A DNA stretch of 64,000 bases, taken from NCBI GenBank assembly GCA_973895155.1, contig OZ316897.1:18262457-18326456 (forward strand). The letters run 5' to 3'. Of this stretch, positions 42,166 to 55,145 are shown in pieces. The number at the start of each line of letters is the position of its first letter. Positions within the stretch are counted from its first letter, which is position 1. A program made the position numbers and the translations under genes. This DNA is from Marsupella aquatica. Lineage: Eukaryota; Plantae; Marchantiophyta. The notes under the pieces were generated by a model. The model was given only the letters and a program-made list of their open reading frames with translations. It was not told where the DNA came from and ran no database searches.

Positions 42166-42778
42166 TTGTTCTATGCCCTGATCAGTCTATTCATTAAAAC
42201 TGGAAAGTTCTTTGATCTTTGGACATTTGGGCACCAAAATATATATTTTGGGGCACAAGAATTGTACATCTGGGCAGTGAAAGTTGTGCATTTGAGCACT
42301 AGATCATGTACATTTGGGGGATCAAGATTGTACATAGGGGAAAATGAAATATTAATTTGGATTCCAAGGAAAAACATTTGGGGGATAATCCATTAAAGTA
42401 ATTTGTTACATTCTAAGCAACTCAAGTTGAAACTAAGGTTTACTAGAGGCAGTCACATCCCATCATGGATCCGACTTCATATAATATAGTATAGTATTAT
42501 GTAATAATTAAAACAATTATAAAGGTATCCAAGTCCAATTACCTCCACCTATTCAAACTAGTATCCCAAAATATTATAATAGTGACTTAGATATACTCTC
42601 TAGTAACCAACTAGTAAGTAAAGACATTCCAAACTAATTGACATAGACTGTCTCACTCTGACTACTAAAAAACTTTTGACTTACTCAACAATCCCTTCCA
42701 TGTAGGTTTTGAGTGTTTTCAAAACATTCTTGGGAATGGTCAACCCTCTATCAATTGTATTTTCTTCTCTAGAGTGCG

Positions 42779-43320
42779 TTAGTGTGACTTGAATCCATAC
42801 ATAGCAGAATTAGCAAATTGCCAACGTTCAGTGACACTGTCAAACCCAGGATCCACCTCCCAAGTCTTAGTGGTCTCGAGAGTGGTCTGAAAGCAACGTG
42901 AATATCGCACATGATCCAAAGCATCATGTTTACCATGTTTAGGCCTCCACCATTGCACTTGGAACATAGGAGCATACCGTGTACTAGTAGGAATACTCTC
43001 ATTGCATAATTGCAAGTCTCCTAAAAGAACTTCATGGTTTGGGTCCACAACACCCAAAGCTCTCACCAACCAGAACCGTTCTTTGTCATTCTTCTTTTCC
43101 CATTCATCCTCTGGACGAAGAAATACAAAGTGGCCCTCTTGAATGTCCTGGAGAGGAATTCAACGTGTAAGTTCTCGCTTGTTTCGAGCGCCAACAAATG
43201 GTGCAGCTTGATCCTCCATCGTATCTCTTCCAAATACTCATTTTGAAGCTCCACCATTTTTGGATTTTGTGTACTATTACTAGGTTCCCCCAATGATTGA
43301 GAGGTTCCTGTACTATTCAC
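42779..43320 (-). pseudogene. Remnant similar to the C-terminal domain of the DUF7869-type transposase
   Basis: ERFWLVRALG...FQVQWWRPK parallels ETFWVAKVE...IYVLWHATK at ~58120-58210. Frameshifted. Confidence 0.4.
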
Positions 43321-43813
43321 CTTGTAACCAGTTCCGTGGTTGGTTTTTGGCTAGAACTCATATGTGAATGCCGGAGTTAATGCCAACTGTATATCTATCT
43401 CTCATTCAATTGTAAGCTCCCTAGATAATACTTGCACCACCATCTCCCAATATTTCACCAAAAAAAACCTCTAGTGATGGACCTCCCACCATGTGCCCGT
43501 CCAAACTCATTTCTCAACCTTGAAACAAGTCGAACCTCGCACCAACATGGAACATTGGGGCAAGTTTTCTTCAAGTATACTCCTTGTCGTTAGCGACCAC
43601 TCCCATACAAAGTTGCATTTGCCCTCATCAACATAACCGTCGCTCAACGGTCTTTACTATTTGCACAAGCAACCAACCAACCAGTAAGTAACCCGTCTTG
43701 ATCTCAAAACTCCCAAGACCATTGTCTCGCATCAAGCTCAATAGTCGTTAGTAAGTAGGTCAGCAAATAGAGCCTCCCAGGCCTGCATGGCCTTGCCATA
43801 AGCTGAAGCTAAG

Positions 43814-44211
43814 GTCAACTCCCCTACGATCGGGCCCTTTTCCTGTTTACCCCTCTTGTTATTTCCATTTTACTATTAAAAGTTCCCTTATTATCGGAAA
43901 TAATTATAATTATTAGTTCAAAATTAAAAAAACTACCCTTCGAGCGTTCGCATGTCCTCCATGTATTAGTTAAGATTGAGGGCCTAGGGGGTCGACACGA
44001 TTGGCCTTGGGCCCAAGAGGAGCTCAGTGGTGGACCCCCTAGGCCCTCAATCTTAACTAATACATGGAGGACGTGCGAACGCTTGAAGAGTGTTTATTTA
44101 TTTATTTTGAACTAATAATTATAATTATTACCTGTAATAAGGGAACTTTTAATAGTAAAATGGAAATAACAAGGGGTAAATAGGAAAAGGGCCCTATTGC
44201 AGGGGGTCCAC
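43814..44211. repeat. Two inverted copies of a ~182-bp MITE forming a ~400-bp fold-back
   Basis: 43821-43996 is the reverse complement of 44030-44205 with few mismatches. The right copy has its own TIRs, GTGGACCCCCT / AGGGGGTCCAC. Confidence 0.85.
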
Positions 44212-46277
44212 TTCTTTTGCACTGAGTGAGGGCCCAGGGGGTGGACCTTGCCACCCAGCGCCCTCACCAATCTGGACACCCATGCCTAAGTGCCCTTGGT
44301 GCCCAAATGCCTCCACGAAATACCTCGAGAAAGCACCTTAGTGTCCCTTGCACTACCAGCGGCCCCTCCCATATGAAGCCGCACTTGCTCTCTAACATGA
44401 TCGCTACTCAACGGTCCTCACAGTCTACACAAGCAACCAAGCTCCTTGGTAAGTAACCCTTCAGGATCTAGATCTTCCAAGTCTAGCATCCTAACTGAAG
44501 CTCAATAGACATTGGTAAATAGGTCAACAATAGGTCCTCCCGATGCCATAAGCCAAAACCAAAACCCACGCTCACTATTCGTCCAAACAACTCCTTCCTT
44601 GGGGGCCGCCCGGGTTCCCCCTCATACTTATCCATCACCAATTTACCTCCCTGACCCCAGGGCATGCTCATGGCCCAAATAGCGGAGCTTGTCCCAAAGC
44701 TTGTCCCAAGCTTGTCCCAACACGTCGGGACCAGAATGGCCCCAACTCTAGCAACCAACTCCTAGTTCGCCCATTGATGGTCTAGGGGCAAGGCACCCTT
44801 GGAACTCAGCCTCCACGCCTACTTGGCCTTGCCTCCCCAACGCAAGCTCCCTTGGGAGACTGAACGCGGCTTAGCTGTTGTTCGGTAGGATTTGGCAAGC
44901 GGGCGAGCTAACACTCGCAAACCTTGAGAACCCATGATGCCCCCAGACCCAGCTGAGCTTAGGAGGACGTGGCCATCCTTGAGATATTTCCAACGCACCC
45001 AAGAAGTCTTCCAACTGATTTCCCGTTGGGAAGATATTGCCATTTCCGTTTGGCACTTTCCCTTAGTGTCGCAACCGCTGCGGCTCATGACTTCGGCTCG
45101 CTCTTAGCCCCCAGGGAGACACCACTCCCCTCATATATGCTTCTGGAGACCTGCCACCCCCGGACCAGCTTTGGTGCCTAAACTTTTGGCCTCTAACCCA
45201 GATCCCATTGCGCATACTGGGCGCGCCATCAACTGGCAACGCCCATAACTTTCTCGTTAGGCATCTGCAAGCGATGTTCTGGGAATAGTAAGTTCTCAAG
45301 GACACACCGGGTGTCTGGCTGCACGTGCTAATTAGGCTATTTATCACTTGTAAGAGACCTCATGCTTAGAACCAATTCCCTTGAGAGCCTTGTCCCCTCC
45401 CGACCATTTCTCAAGTTCCTTGGGTTCCCCTGTGTCTCTTGCCGTTTTCTCCAGATAAGTTGGGTGGGAAGGGCGTACCCTTTTCTGCAAGGACTCCTAA
45501 GCACTTTTGGTACCAAGAGATATGTTGATCTACTCCAAATATTGGCAATAACACTAGAGTAGTCGGGACCAGGCTCACACTCCACAAATCTCTCCTCCAA
45601 GTGATAATCTTCTCTATGTGCTTCTTTCAACTCTCGGCTATGATCTCTCATCTATTACACTATTATGAACACACTCACATCCCCATCTATGCATCTATAT
45701 AGTATTAATGGATCCAACGATGCGATAATCGCAATGTATCCTTCTTCCCCAAACTTTTGTGTAAGAATCTGCCTAATATCTATCTTTCTTTTTACTATCA
45801 ACTTAATGCTCACAGTAGAACGCAAATTCAGAATTTGCGGACTCTCATTCAAATCAACATTGACATTCATACTTCCTATATGCTTACTAACTAAGAGAGG
45901 TTCAGCGGCAGAGCCGTCCCTACCTGATCACAGGTTTGTGGACATTATATCTATGGTATTGGCAACATAGTCGACCTTGCCAGATTCAAAGCTCCATCTT
46001 CAAGGTACTCGTGTGGTGGCAATGTCTTCCATGACCAAGAATCAGGAAACTTAGAATCCTTCCACCATAGAAACCGACGGCATAGCCATTCCGTCTAGTA
46101 TTAGAACCGGTGTTCAAGCATTCCTCTAATGCAAATGCACATAATATGCACTCTATGCACTCTCTATCCTCACACTCATACGCTTGAAATGCTGGAAAAT
46201 GGACTCCTCTAGCAGGGCGAGCCTGCCTCTTATTTATAGTTGGAGCCAGACCACACTATTCCCTTTACAAGGGTATC

Positions 46278-46560
46278 CTAGAAGATACTAGAATTTACTA
46301 GAACTTACTAGAACTTACTAGATTATATTTTTATCCATGGTAAATTCTAGAACTTACATTTTTACCATGGTAATTTCTAGAAGTTACCAAAAATTATCTT
46401 TTTACTATGGTAAATACTAGAAATTATTATTTACTATAGTAGATTCTAGAAGTTATCGGAATTTACCTTTTTACTATGGTAAATTCTAGAAATTACTATT
46501 TACTATGGTAGATCTTGAAAATTACCAAGACTTACAATTTTACTTGGTAAAAACCAAAAA
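46278..46560. repeat. AT-rich minisatellite (ctagaa(c/t)tta and ttactatggtaaattctagaa units)
   Basis: Repeated tactagaa and ttactatggta motifs. Confidence 0.75.
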
Positions 46561-46656
46561 TGTACTTATTATCATATAAATTTTACTGAAAATCTCTATT
46601 TTTCTATTTTCATACAAAACTAAATTATTATTCATATATTCTAATTTCCTTACGAT

Positions 46657-48712
46657 AGCGGAGTGCCTGAGCCCGTTGTGATCGGGCCGACCCAGTGCTC
46701 AAGCCTAGGCCCTCAGGTCTCATCGCCGCTCGGGGCCCTCGACCGTCCCCACCCGGATCAGGCCATAACTTGCGCCCCAAGCGTCTGTTGCCCATGGCGT
46801 CAACTCCATTGGCCTTGGGCCCAAGAGGAGCTCTCACTCAAGCCCTCAGAACTCAAAGTCCGTCCGGGGGTCCGGACGGTCGACCTTGAACCCGACCCAT
46901 TTCCCCTTGACCCAATCAGCTCTCAGCTATCCTAAGTCCTTAGTGTGTGTCACCAGCTTGGCGCCTTGCCTTCGCCAGTGCCACTTCCCATTGCCCACAA
47001 GTCTCCCCATGCTAAGTCCTCCCCGAAGATTGGCCTATCCGGGCCTGGACCATAAGGGAGCTCAACGTTGGAGTCAACAACGTCGGAGCTAAGTGTTAAG
47101 GTAGTCGAGTTCCGAAACTAGCTCTCACTCAAGCCCTCAGAACGTCCGAGGGTCCAGACAGTCGACCTTGAGCCCGACCCTTTTCCCCTTGACCCGACCA
47201 GCTCTCAGCTAGACAGGCTAAGTCCTTAGTGTGTCACCAGCTTCGCGCCTTGCCTTTGCCAGTGCCATGTCTCAATGTTGCCCAAAGTCTCTCCATGCTA
47301 AGTCCTTCCCGAATGGCCTATCCGGGCCTGGATCATAAGGGAGCTCGGCGTCGGAGTCAGTGACGCCGGAGCTAAGTGTTAACTAAGGTAGTCGAGTTGT
47401 GCGACTGCGTGCCACCAACTAGCAATGCCCATAACTTTATAGTTAGGTGTTGGCAAGCGGAGTGCCTTAGCCCATTGTGATCGGGCCGACCCAATGCTCA
47501 TGCCTAGGCCCTCAGATCTCATCGCAGCTCAGGGGCCTTGATCAGCCAAACCCAGATCGGACCATAGCTCGCGCCCCAAGCGTCCGTTGCCCATGGAGTC
47601 AACTCCATTGACCTTGGGCCCAAGAGGAGCTCTCACTCAAGCCCTCAGAACTCAAAGTCCGTCCGGGGGTCCGGACGGTCGACCTTGAACCCGACCCATT
47701 TCCCCTTGACCCAATCAGCTCTCAGCTATCCTAAGTCCTTAGTGTGTGTCACCAGCTTGGCGCCTTGCCTTCGCCAGTGCCACTTCCCATTGCCCACAAG
47801 TCTCCCCATGCTAAGTCCTCCCCGAAGATTGGCCTATCCGGGCCTGGACCATAAGGGAGCTCAACGTTGGAGTCAACAACGTCGGAGCTAAGTGTTAAGG
47901 TAGTCGAGTTCCGAAACTAGCTCTCACTCAAGCCCTCAGAACGTCCGAGGGTCCAGACAGTCGACCTTGAGCCCGACCCTTTTCCCCTTGACCCGACCAG
48001 CTCTCAGCTAGACAGGCTAAGTCCTTAGTGTGTCACCAGCTTCGCGCCTTGCCTTTGCCAGTGCCATGTCTCAATGTTGCCCAAAGTCTCTCCATGCTAA
48101 GTCCTTCCCGAATGGCCTATCCGGGCCTGGATCATAAGGGAGCTCGGCGTCGGAGTCAGTGACGCCGGAGCTAAGTGTTAACTAAGGTAGTCGAGTTGTG
48201 CGACTGCGTGCCACCAACTAGCAATGCCCATAACTTTATAGTTAGGTGTTGGCAAGCGGAGTGCCTTAGCCCATTGTGATCGGGCCGACCCAATGCTCAT
48301 GCCTAGGCCCTCAGATCTCATCGCAGCTCAGGGGCCTTGATCAGCCAAACCCAGATCGGACCATAGCTCGCGCCCCAAGCGTCCGTTGCCCATGGAGTCA
48401 ACTCCATTGACCTTGGGCCCAAGAGGAGCTCTCACTCAAGCCCTCAGAACTCAAAGTCCGTCCGAGGGTCCGAATGGTCAATCTTGAGCCTGGCCCCTTT
48501 CCCCTTGACCAGACCAGACCACATCTAGTCTAAGTCCTTAGTGTGTGTCACTAGCTTACGCCTTGCCTTCGCCAGCACCACGCCCCATTGCCCACAAGTC
48601 TCCCCATGCTAAGTCCTCCCTGGATGGCCTATCCGGGCCTAGACCATAAGGGAGCTCGGCGTCAAAGTCAGCAACGCCGGAGCTAAGTGTTAAGGTAGTC
48701 GAGTTCCACAAC
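46657..48712. repeat. Tandem repeat with 799-bp period (~2.6 copies) and an internal ~290-bp subrepeat
   Basis: Identical 68-aa ORFs at 46886 and 47685 (offset 799). The motif ctctcactcaagccctcagaac recurs at ~46831, 47122, 47630, 47921 and 48429. Confidence 0.92.
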
Positions 48713-49197
48713 TATTTGGGGAGGAGGTTATCGCCCTAGCATTAGGCGATTTCATTCTGGAGACTATGTGTATCTGCAACAAACAACACCTACTACTTTG
48801 GATGTTACCGCTGAACCTACTATTCTGCGAGTGCAAAAGGATTTTAGTTTTTAGTGCACCAGCAAGGTTGAGATCAATTAGTAAAGAGAAGCTCTCGGTT
48901 AGTTATGCTGTGATCCTTGTGTACATCCCAACGCGGCCTTTGTTCCCATGCTGCCCTCCAAATTTCATCAAACGTGGACAAGTGTGTGGCTTGGGTTTCT
49001 ACAAGCCGCCAAATATCCTCCGACCACCCTCCTCCTGACAAATCCTTCTCTTTGGCCAGGGTTGCTCTCTCTAGATCTTGGAATCATTCTTGCGATTCTT
49101 GATCGATCTGTTTTCTTTTGTCGTAATTTGGTGGAGGTACATCCGGTGGGGGAGACTCTGGGCTTCTCTGCTATTGTGGATCCCCATGCACCACTCT

Positions 49198-50877
49198 TCA
49201 AAGTGTGGGGATAAAACGGCCACAGGTCCGCACCCCCAATACCGAGCGATCCGACCCGTAACCCAAGTCCTCATGGTATTCCTCCACGTGCTCCCCATCT
49301 TTCGGGCGTCCTGGTGCTTGCTTATCCTCTCTAGGACTAGCCGCAAACCCGGCCTCCTGCCGAGGACTATGCATGCGTGGGATTGCTCTTCCGGCTCCTA
49401 CATACATCTGCACCCCCAGCTCATTTTCCGGCCTGCTTCTCTTCACGGCCCCGGCCATGGGTTCCTCTAGAAATTCTTGCGGTGCCCGCTACCGCTACCT
49501 CTGGTGCTAATGCCGCCTTTTCCTTCTTCAGTATTTGTAGAAGGCTCTGTATGGCCGGTTGTTCCATCGGCCCGGTTTCCGGCGTCTGCCAAAAGATCTG
49601 AGCTATCGTGGGGCTGCCAGGCGGATCAGGCTGCTTTGCTATTGGCCTTGGCTCGGACTCCTCTTTTGGCGCTCTTGCCTGAAGGGGAAGGATCGGGGCA
49701 ATTCAAAGATTCAACTTCGAGCATACCGGCACAACAACGGCATGACTGTGATAACCAAGTGGGGACACGCTCCCTTGGCTAATCACCTACTGTTCCTCCT
49801 TCAATATCTTCCTTAGTTGGTTGAGAAGGTACCCGTTGTAGTCTCGGCTTGGGTCTGGCCTCTCTACCAGGTAAACCTGTGCCTTGCCGATCTCCGGCCT
49901 TGGCCAGTTGCAATGCATTGTCACCCTCTGGAAATCGATCATTTCTCCAATATGCGGGTTGATGCAGGTGCTTTGGAGGAAGCCATTCTTCGTTGATGGC
50001 CCGGGGAATGATCTAAACTCCTTGTCTGTCAAGTTCTTCCAGGTTAATTTCTACTGCCTTGTTGCCGATTGGCAAGCCAAATACTTCGGCAATCACGTTG
50101 GAGGTGAGATAGAAGTCCCTCCCGTAGATCTTGGTTGAGCTAGATTCGTGGTCCCATGATCCCATGAATTCCAGTAAGTTTGACTCCAACACCTCCGGCT
50201 TCAGCCACGACAATCTAACAAAGGCCTCCAAGCCTGATCCGGCCATGGAGCCCTGGTACTTTTTGGTCTGCATGCTCGTCTGCATGGCTGTAAAGCATGC
50301 ATCCTCCTCTCGTGCAAAATGTAGTTGTACTGCCGGTGGTATTGTTGTTGCCCAACCCTTCCAGGTGTCATCTCGAGTAGGGACGACATTGACTAGGTCG
50401 ACTTCTGGTTCCTCGACTCCCTCATGTTTTTGCCTCCCTTGTTCGGCTGGCCTTCTTGATACCGCCGACCTTGTCCTCTTGGCCGGTGTGTTTTCTTCAT
50501 TGTTGGCCATCTTCCTCTTCATTTCCGTCATTCCTGACAATTCTCCCAACACTGTTGCTTTCGTCCACGCCGCCGTGCAACCCTTCAGGTCCCAATGTTC
50601 GTCGTTGCAGTTGTTGATGGCTTGCCGGATGCCAACAATTTTGTTGTCTCAAATTAGAAGGTCGTCAAGCTCATCGCCAGTAGGTGTCCACAAGAATTCA
50701 GCCTTGATGAACTCTCCTCCTAAGAAGGCCAACTTCTGCAATTCCCATAGCCGAGCAAGCTCCTGTCGCTCGCGGGCTGCTCTTTCTTATTCTTCCTCCT
50801 TGTAGGTCCCAACGTACGCACTTGCCCGTTCAAACAGGCATCCCCAGAAATGTGCCGCTTGATTGATGTTGCTCATT
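49198..50877 (-). pseudogene. Degenerate retroelement accessory ORF, homologous to the ORF in the 11282-15089 insert
   Basis: GLEAFVRLSW...LLEFMGSWD...STKIYGRDFYLT...VFGLP...KNGFLQSTCIN aligns by eye with 12580-12900. Contains stops and a frameshift. Confidence 0.55.
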
Positions 50878-51224
50878 CCCTCCTTTGTCGTTGCCCGGTA
50901 GCTAACAAGAAGCCTTAAGGGATGAGTCCAAAGCCTTATTTCTCTTTTCAAAATCTTCATGATATTAAAAAGTGTATACCAAAAAACCACCAAAAAATGG
51001 TATGTATTTTCCAAACTAGACTCAAGAGAATTTTACCACCAAAATCTAAGCATATCTTATATGATATTCTCACAATTGTATAAACCTTGAAATATGCACT
51101 TTATAAAAGTAATCAAAATCAAACTCATCGATCAGAGTTTAAGTCAAACTCAAAGTTTTACAAAATATAACCCAACTTAAGCCCAAGTGGTTTCAAATGC
51201 TACGAGTCCCTCTATTTATCTAGT

Positions 51225-54200
51225 CTAATCCAAAGGGACCGCTTCCCCTTCCTCGGTTCCGGAAGTCCCTGTCGTCAATTCTGGAACAATTGTGGCATCG
51301 TCAACCACGCTATCCTCTCCGGCCTGAGGAATGTCTTCCTCACTCTCCTCATCCATCTCCCCCTGTCCGTCTTCCTCTTCAATGTTATCTGCAAGGTTAA
51401 GAATCCTCCCTTTCAACACACTGCTCTGTCGCTCGTCAATCTCAATGGCAACGCAATGTCTCCCCATGGCCAAGGAGGAGGTTGTCCCAGTCCCTGATCC
51501 TGAACAAATATCCAAAACCCAGTCTCCAACCTGACTAAAATGACTCACTTCCCAATCTAACAATGCACGTGGTTTCTGATAAACATTCACTGCCTTGTTA
51601 TCCCCGTTGTGTTTCAGCTTCTTAGTCACAGCTGCGCATACAACCACATTGTTCCTTGATTCATTTGTGTCAAAATTGAAGTGCTCCAATGACCGTTTAC
51701 CATCCTGGCTGTGAAAGCCAATTGTAAAGCACTCAAAGTTGTTGTTCAATCTTGGTCCACCAGCATTCTTCACATTATCCTTAACCCTGAAAAGTCACAA
51801 AAAGTCAAGGAGTTATTTAAACTGAGAAACATGGTTCATGAAATCATGAATAACTAATAGTTGTTTTTTTCAAAAACAAATATTTCTTACCACACACAAT
51901 TCTGGAACCCTCCATTACACTCCGCTTTCAAAACGGTCTTGATGGCCTCATATTGGTCAAGGCTGTGGTGAATGATAATACGCCACAACTTTGCAGTAGT
52001 AGCCACCTTGAACGATTGGACCATTTTTGTGATCTCCTCAGTTCCCCATCCAATAGTGTCTTCATGAAGACATCCAGGCAATGCAAACCCGTAGGGAATA
52101 TCCACTAAAGCTAATGTGTAAGCCCGACCCGGAACCACCTCATGTAATCGCTGAGCATCATGAGTAAAAATATCATAGTGCACATCACCAAACTCTGGAT
52201 GCTCAAACGAATTTGGATGAAGTTCCCCCTCTTGGGTTTGCCGACTAGAAGTCTTCATGGATAGCCAATTTTGGGCTTGCACAATATGCGCATTGAATTT
52301 GTCCGGGAATGACTTGAGATCTTTGCCTTCCTCATCTCCCTTCTTTTTCCGGGAGGTGGTATCTTTCTACAAAAAGGAACTGTAGAATTAGAAACAAGGA
52401 TTCCAAATATTAAATGAATTCAAACAATCATTCGAAGAAAGGTGACAGAATCTTACCCATGTCTGGAAAACAGGTACAAAATTCTTAAGCACATTGTCTG
52501 TGCAATGCTCAGGGTACTTGGTTTTACAACCTGACCAACTCTCCTCGTGTAGACACGTGAGGAAGGCCTTCTGCACCTGCATCTGAAATTTGTGTCGAGT
52601 AAATTCGTGACCCATTTCCTGTAAAGAGAGTTCTTTAGTAAGAACTCTCTGTAACACTGGGCAAATCATATCAGGATCTTTCAAGGCCTGCATGTGTCTC
52701 CACTCTGTTAATTTCATGTCCTCATAAGGCAATTTGGCATCTCCAGACTTAGAGACTTTCTTCTTGCCTTTGTCTCCTTTTTGACCTTTGATCTCACACA
52801 TCTCCCACTTGTCACAAATCTGCCTCACAAATGACCACACAGGATCTTGTCGGAATGCCAACTGAAATAGGTTATCATTGGCATTAAGAACCTCAGCATC
52901 CTTTCGTACACCCCAATCCTTGAGATTGATTTCAGTAGCACACTCTTTCTTGAAATCCTGGTTGGACGACAATCCATTCTCAACAAATCTCATGTGAATA
53001 TAATTTACTCTCTGGATTGTCGTCATCTGTTGTCGAAATTCAGAATCAATATTGTGACTCCACGCAAGGTTTCTTGCCTCTTGCACACTCAATCCCGCAA
53101 ATATCCAAGATTGCACTCTCCGAAATGCCTTGTTGTTAGGGAACTGAAGAGCAAGGTCTGCTTTGGCACAGGCTGAATGGTTGCCCCCAATCACATAATA
53201 ATGGTAATCAGCTTTCCTTGAAAAATCAAAGTCTTGCCTAGTAGCACACTCCTTCGGATCCACCAAGAGGACAAACGGAGCTGCAAGTGGACTGGCACCT
53301 ACAGTCTTCATCCGCAAGGTCAATTGGGTCAAGAAATATGGTTGGATGTGTCGGACCTGGTAAATGGGCAAGCCCACAGCCTTCTCTCTCACTGGAGGGT
53401 AAAGTTGACCAATGTCAACGGTCACGGTCTCCTCTTGAACACCACATCTTCCCAGAATCTCTTCCTGGTACAATACCCGTGCATCCATTGACATTGATTG
53501 AGCCTTTTGCTCCAAATGCGTTGGAATTTTCTCCAAAGTCTTCTTTTTTGACTTTGTAGCACTGGGCTCGGTAGGCTCAGGAGTCATAGCAGGTCGCTTC
53601 TTTGAAGAAATGCGAGTTCTAGTCGTACCTTGTGCCGACCCACCAGTCAAAGCCGTTCCCTGGGATGATCTGCCAACTTGAGATCCCCCTCCAGATGCTG
53701 CTGCTTCCCGGGAGGTTGTAGGCGCTACCACGGTCAAAATATCATTGGGTAAAATGCTAGGCCTCGATCCAGAAGGAACACCGGAAGCCCCAGATTTGGG
53801 TGGACGACTTACTCCCTTCTCTGCCGACCTTTTCCGGAGAATCTCTCTTGATTTTTGGATTGCACTCTTTAAAGTGCTAGCGTGAAATTCAAACACAAAA
53901 CCGGAAATCTTTCCCGCGACGTCGTGGTAACGTTCCTCACTCGAAAGAGACTTGACAGTCTCAATGATGCTATCGATGTCCTCATCGAGATAGCAGGTGG
54001 CAGCCGTTCCAGAAAACCTCTCCACATCCACGACAATCAAAGTTGATGTTTCCTTCGTTGTGATCAACATGTTCACAACTTCGTCGCCCCGTCGAAATAC
54101 ATCGATGCGGCCGTAATTTACCCACCCTAATGCCCCCGATGGAAGCCCCTCAAATACACACAGCATTAGGAAGGGCTTCTTCCATGTTTCCGTCCCTAAG

Positions 54201-54286
54201 GAAATCATCCAGGATGAGTTGTGGAAGTCCGTCAAAGGATGGCGCGAAAAGATGTCATCCACCAGCTCTTCCTGCGACATTGTCAT
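51225..54286 (-). CDS. ParB/Srx-like domain fused to a beta-class amino (N4-cytosine/N6-adenine) DNA methyltransferase, 3 exons, ~955 aa
   Basis: Exons 54286-52457, 52366-51891 and 51786-51225 are GT-AG, total 2868 nt, with no stops. ParB-like motifs YQVRH, YYVIGGNHSACA and LAWSHN. MTase motif IV LVDIPYG, spliced CVWVKDN...FECF, YQKP, then motif I VLDICSGSGT...GRHCVAIEID, i.e. catalytic-before-SAM (beta) order. Confidence 0.85.
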
Positions 54287-54450
54287 GTTTTTGCCTAATC
54301 TTCAAACCTGAGAACATACCACAAAATCAGTCCACTTCAACCCCAACCTGCGAGACAAAGTGCCACAGAACCAAGGAATGTGCCAACAAATGGCTACTAA
54401 AACCGTGTCCTTACGGATCTAACAACGCTCTCGGCCACCCCAGGACTCCT

Positions 54451-54600
54451 ATCATGAATTCATGAAGGGAGTCTCCCTCTCGCTCCGACCTTCATGAATT
54501 CATGAAGGGAGTCTCCCTCTCGCTCCGACCTTCATGAATTCATGAAGGGAGTCTTCCTCTCGCTCCGACCTTCATGAATTCATGAAGGGAGTCTCCTCTC
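54451..54600. promoter_or_regulatory. 40-bp tandem repeat (~3.7 copies) of palindromes in the divergent promoter region
   Basis: Unit TTCATGAATTCATGAA GGGAGTCTCCC TCTCGCTCCGACC starts at 54451, 54491, 54531 and 54571. A regulatory role is inferred from position only. Confidence 0.6.
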
Positions 54601-55040
54601 TCTTTGCTTGTACACCTCGGTGATGCAGAAGGGTATTTAAAATAGGGTTCGGAGGGGGGTGACGTGAAGAAATCACCCAGGGCCTAAATTACTACCTAAA
54701 ACAGGGTCAAAATGAAGTGCGACCGCGACAACTTGCGACACGTCGCCAATGAGTGCTGAAAATGGCACGAAATTGGATAGCGAGATTGTTTTTCACTCTT
54801 TTACAAAGGAAATCCAAATGACATTGAGTGAAAATGAATGGGCTGCCCCGTGTTCCTTGGTTATACATACTAATCACGGATCAGGCGCGACTTAGTAAAA
54901 TTAACCCAGAATCATGATAAATCAATGTTTTTGGGCCAATTATTCATGAATATTTCGGGGTATTAACGGGAAAAAGCTTGCAAATTTCATGAATATTTGA
55001 TATTTTTGAAGTTAAAAAGTCCCAACAATCCGTGAAAAAC

Positions 55041-55048
55041 TATAAATA
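55041..55048 (+). promoter_or_regulatory. Putative TATA box of the transposase gene
   Basis: TATAAATA about 105 bp upstream of the ATG at 55146. Confidence 0.45.
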
Positions 55049-55145
55049 GGCTCGTTTATTCATGACTCTTGGTCATTATTTTGAGAAGATTTGTTAGATT
55101 TTACTGATTTTCTGAGTTTCTTGTCAATTTGCACTAGTTTTTCCA

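Noticed and set aside
42171-42400. DPP / DYPP as MTase motif IV of the relic gene
   Set aside because: These arise from a repeated cccaaatgt(ac) motif in a low-complexity stretch, and no clean frame or splice links them to the downstream exon.
44200-50900. Full-length LTR retrotransposon
   Set aside because: No RT, RNase H, integrase or paired LTRs could be recognised; only repeats and an accessory ORF relic.
51225-54286. Bacterial contamination or prophage as the source of the MTase
   Set aside because: The gene has two in-frame spliceosomal GT-AG introns and lies among plant TEs and genes.
54451-54600. CRISPR-like array
   Set aside because: The sequence between palindromes is the same in every unit (no unique spacers), there are no cas genes, and the context is eukaryotic.
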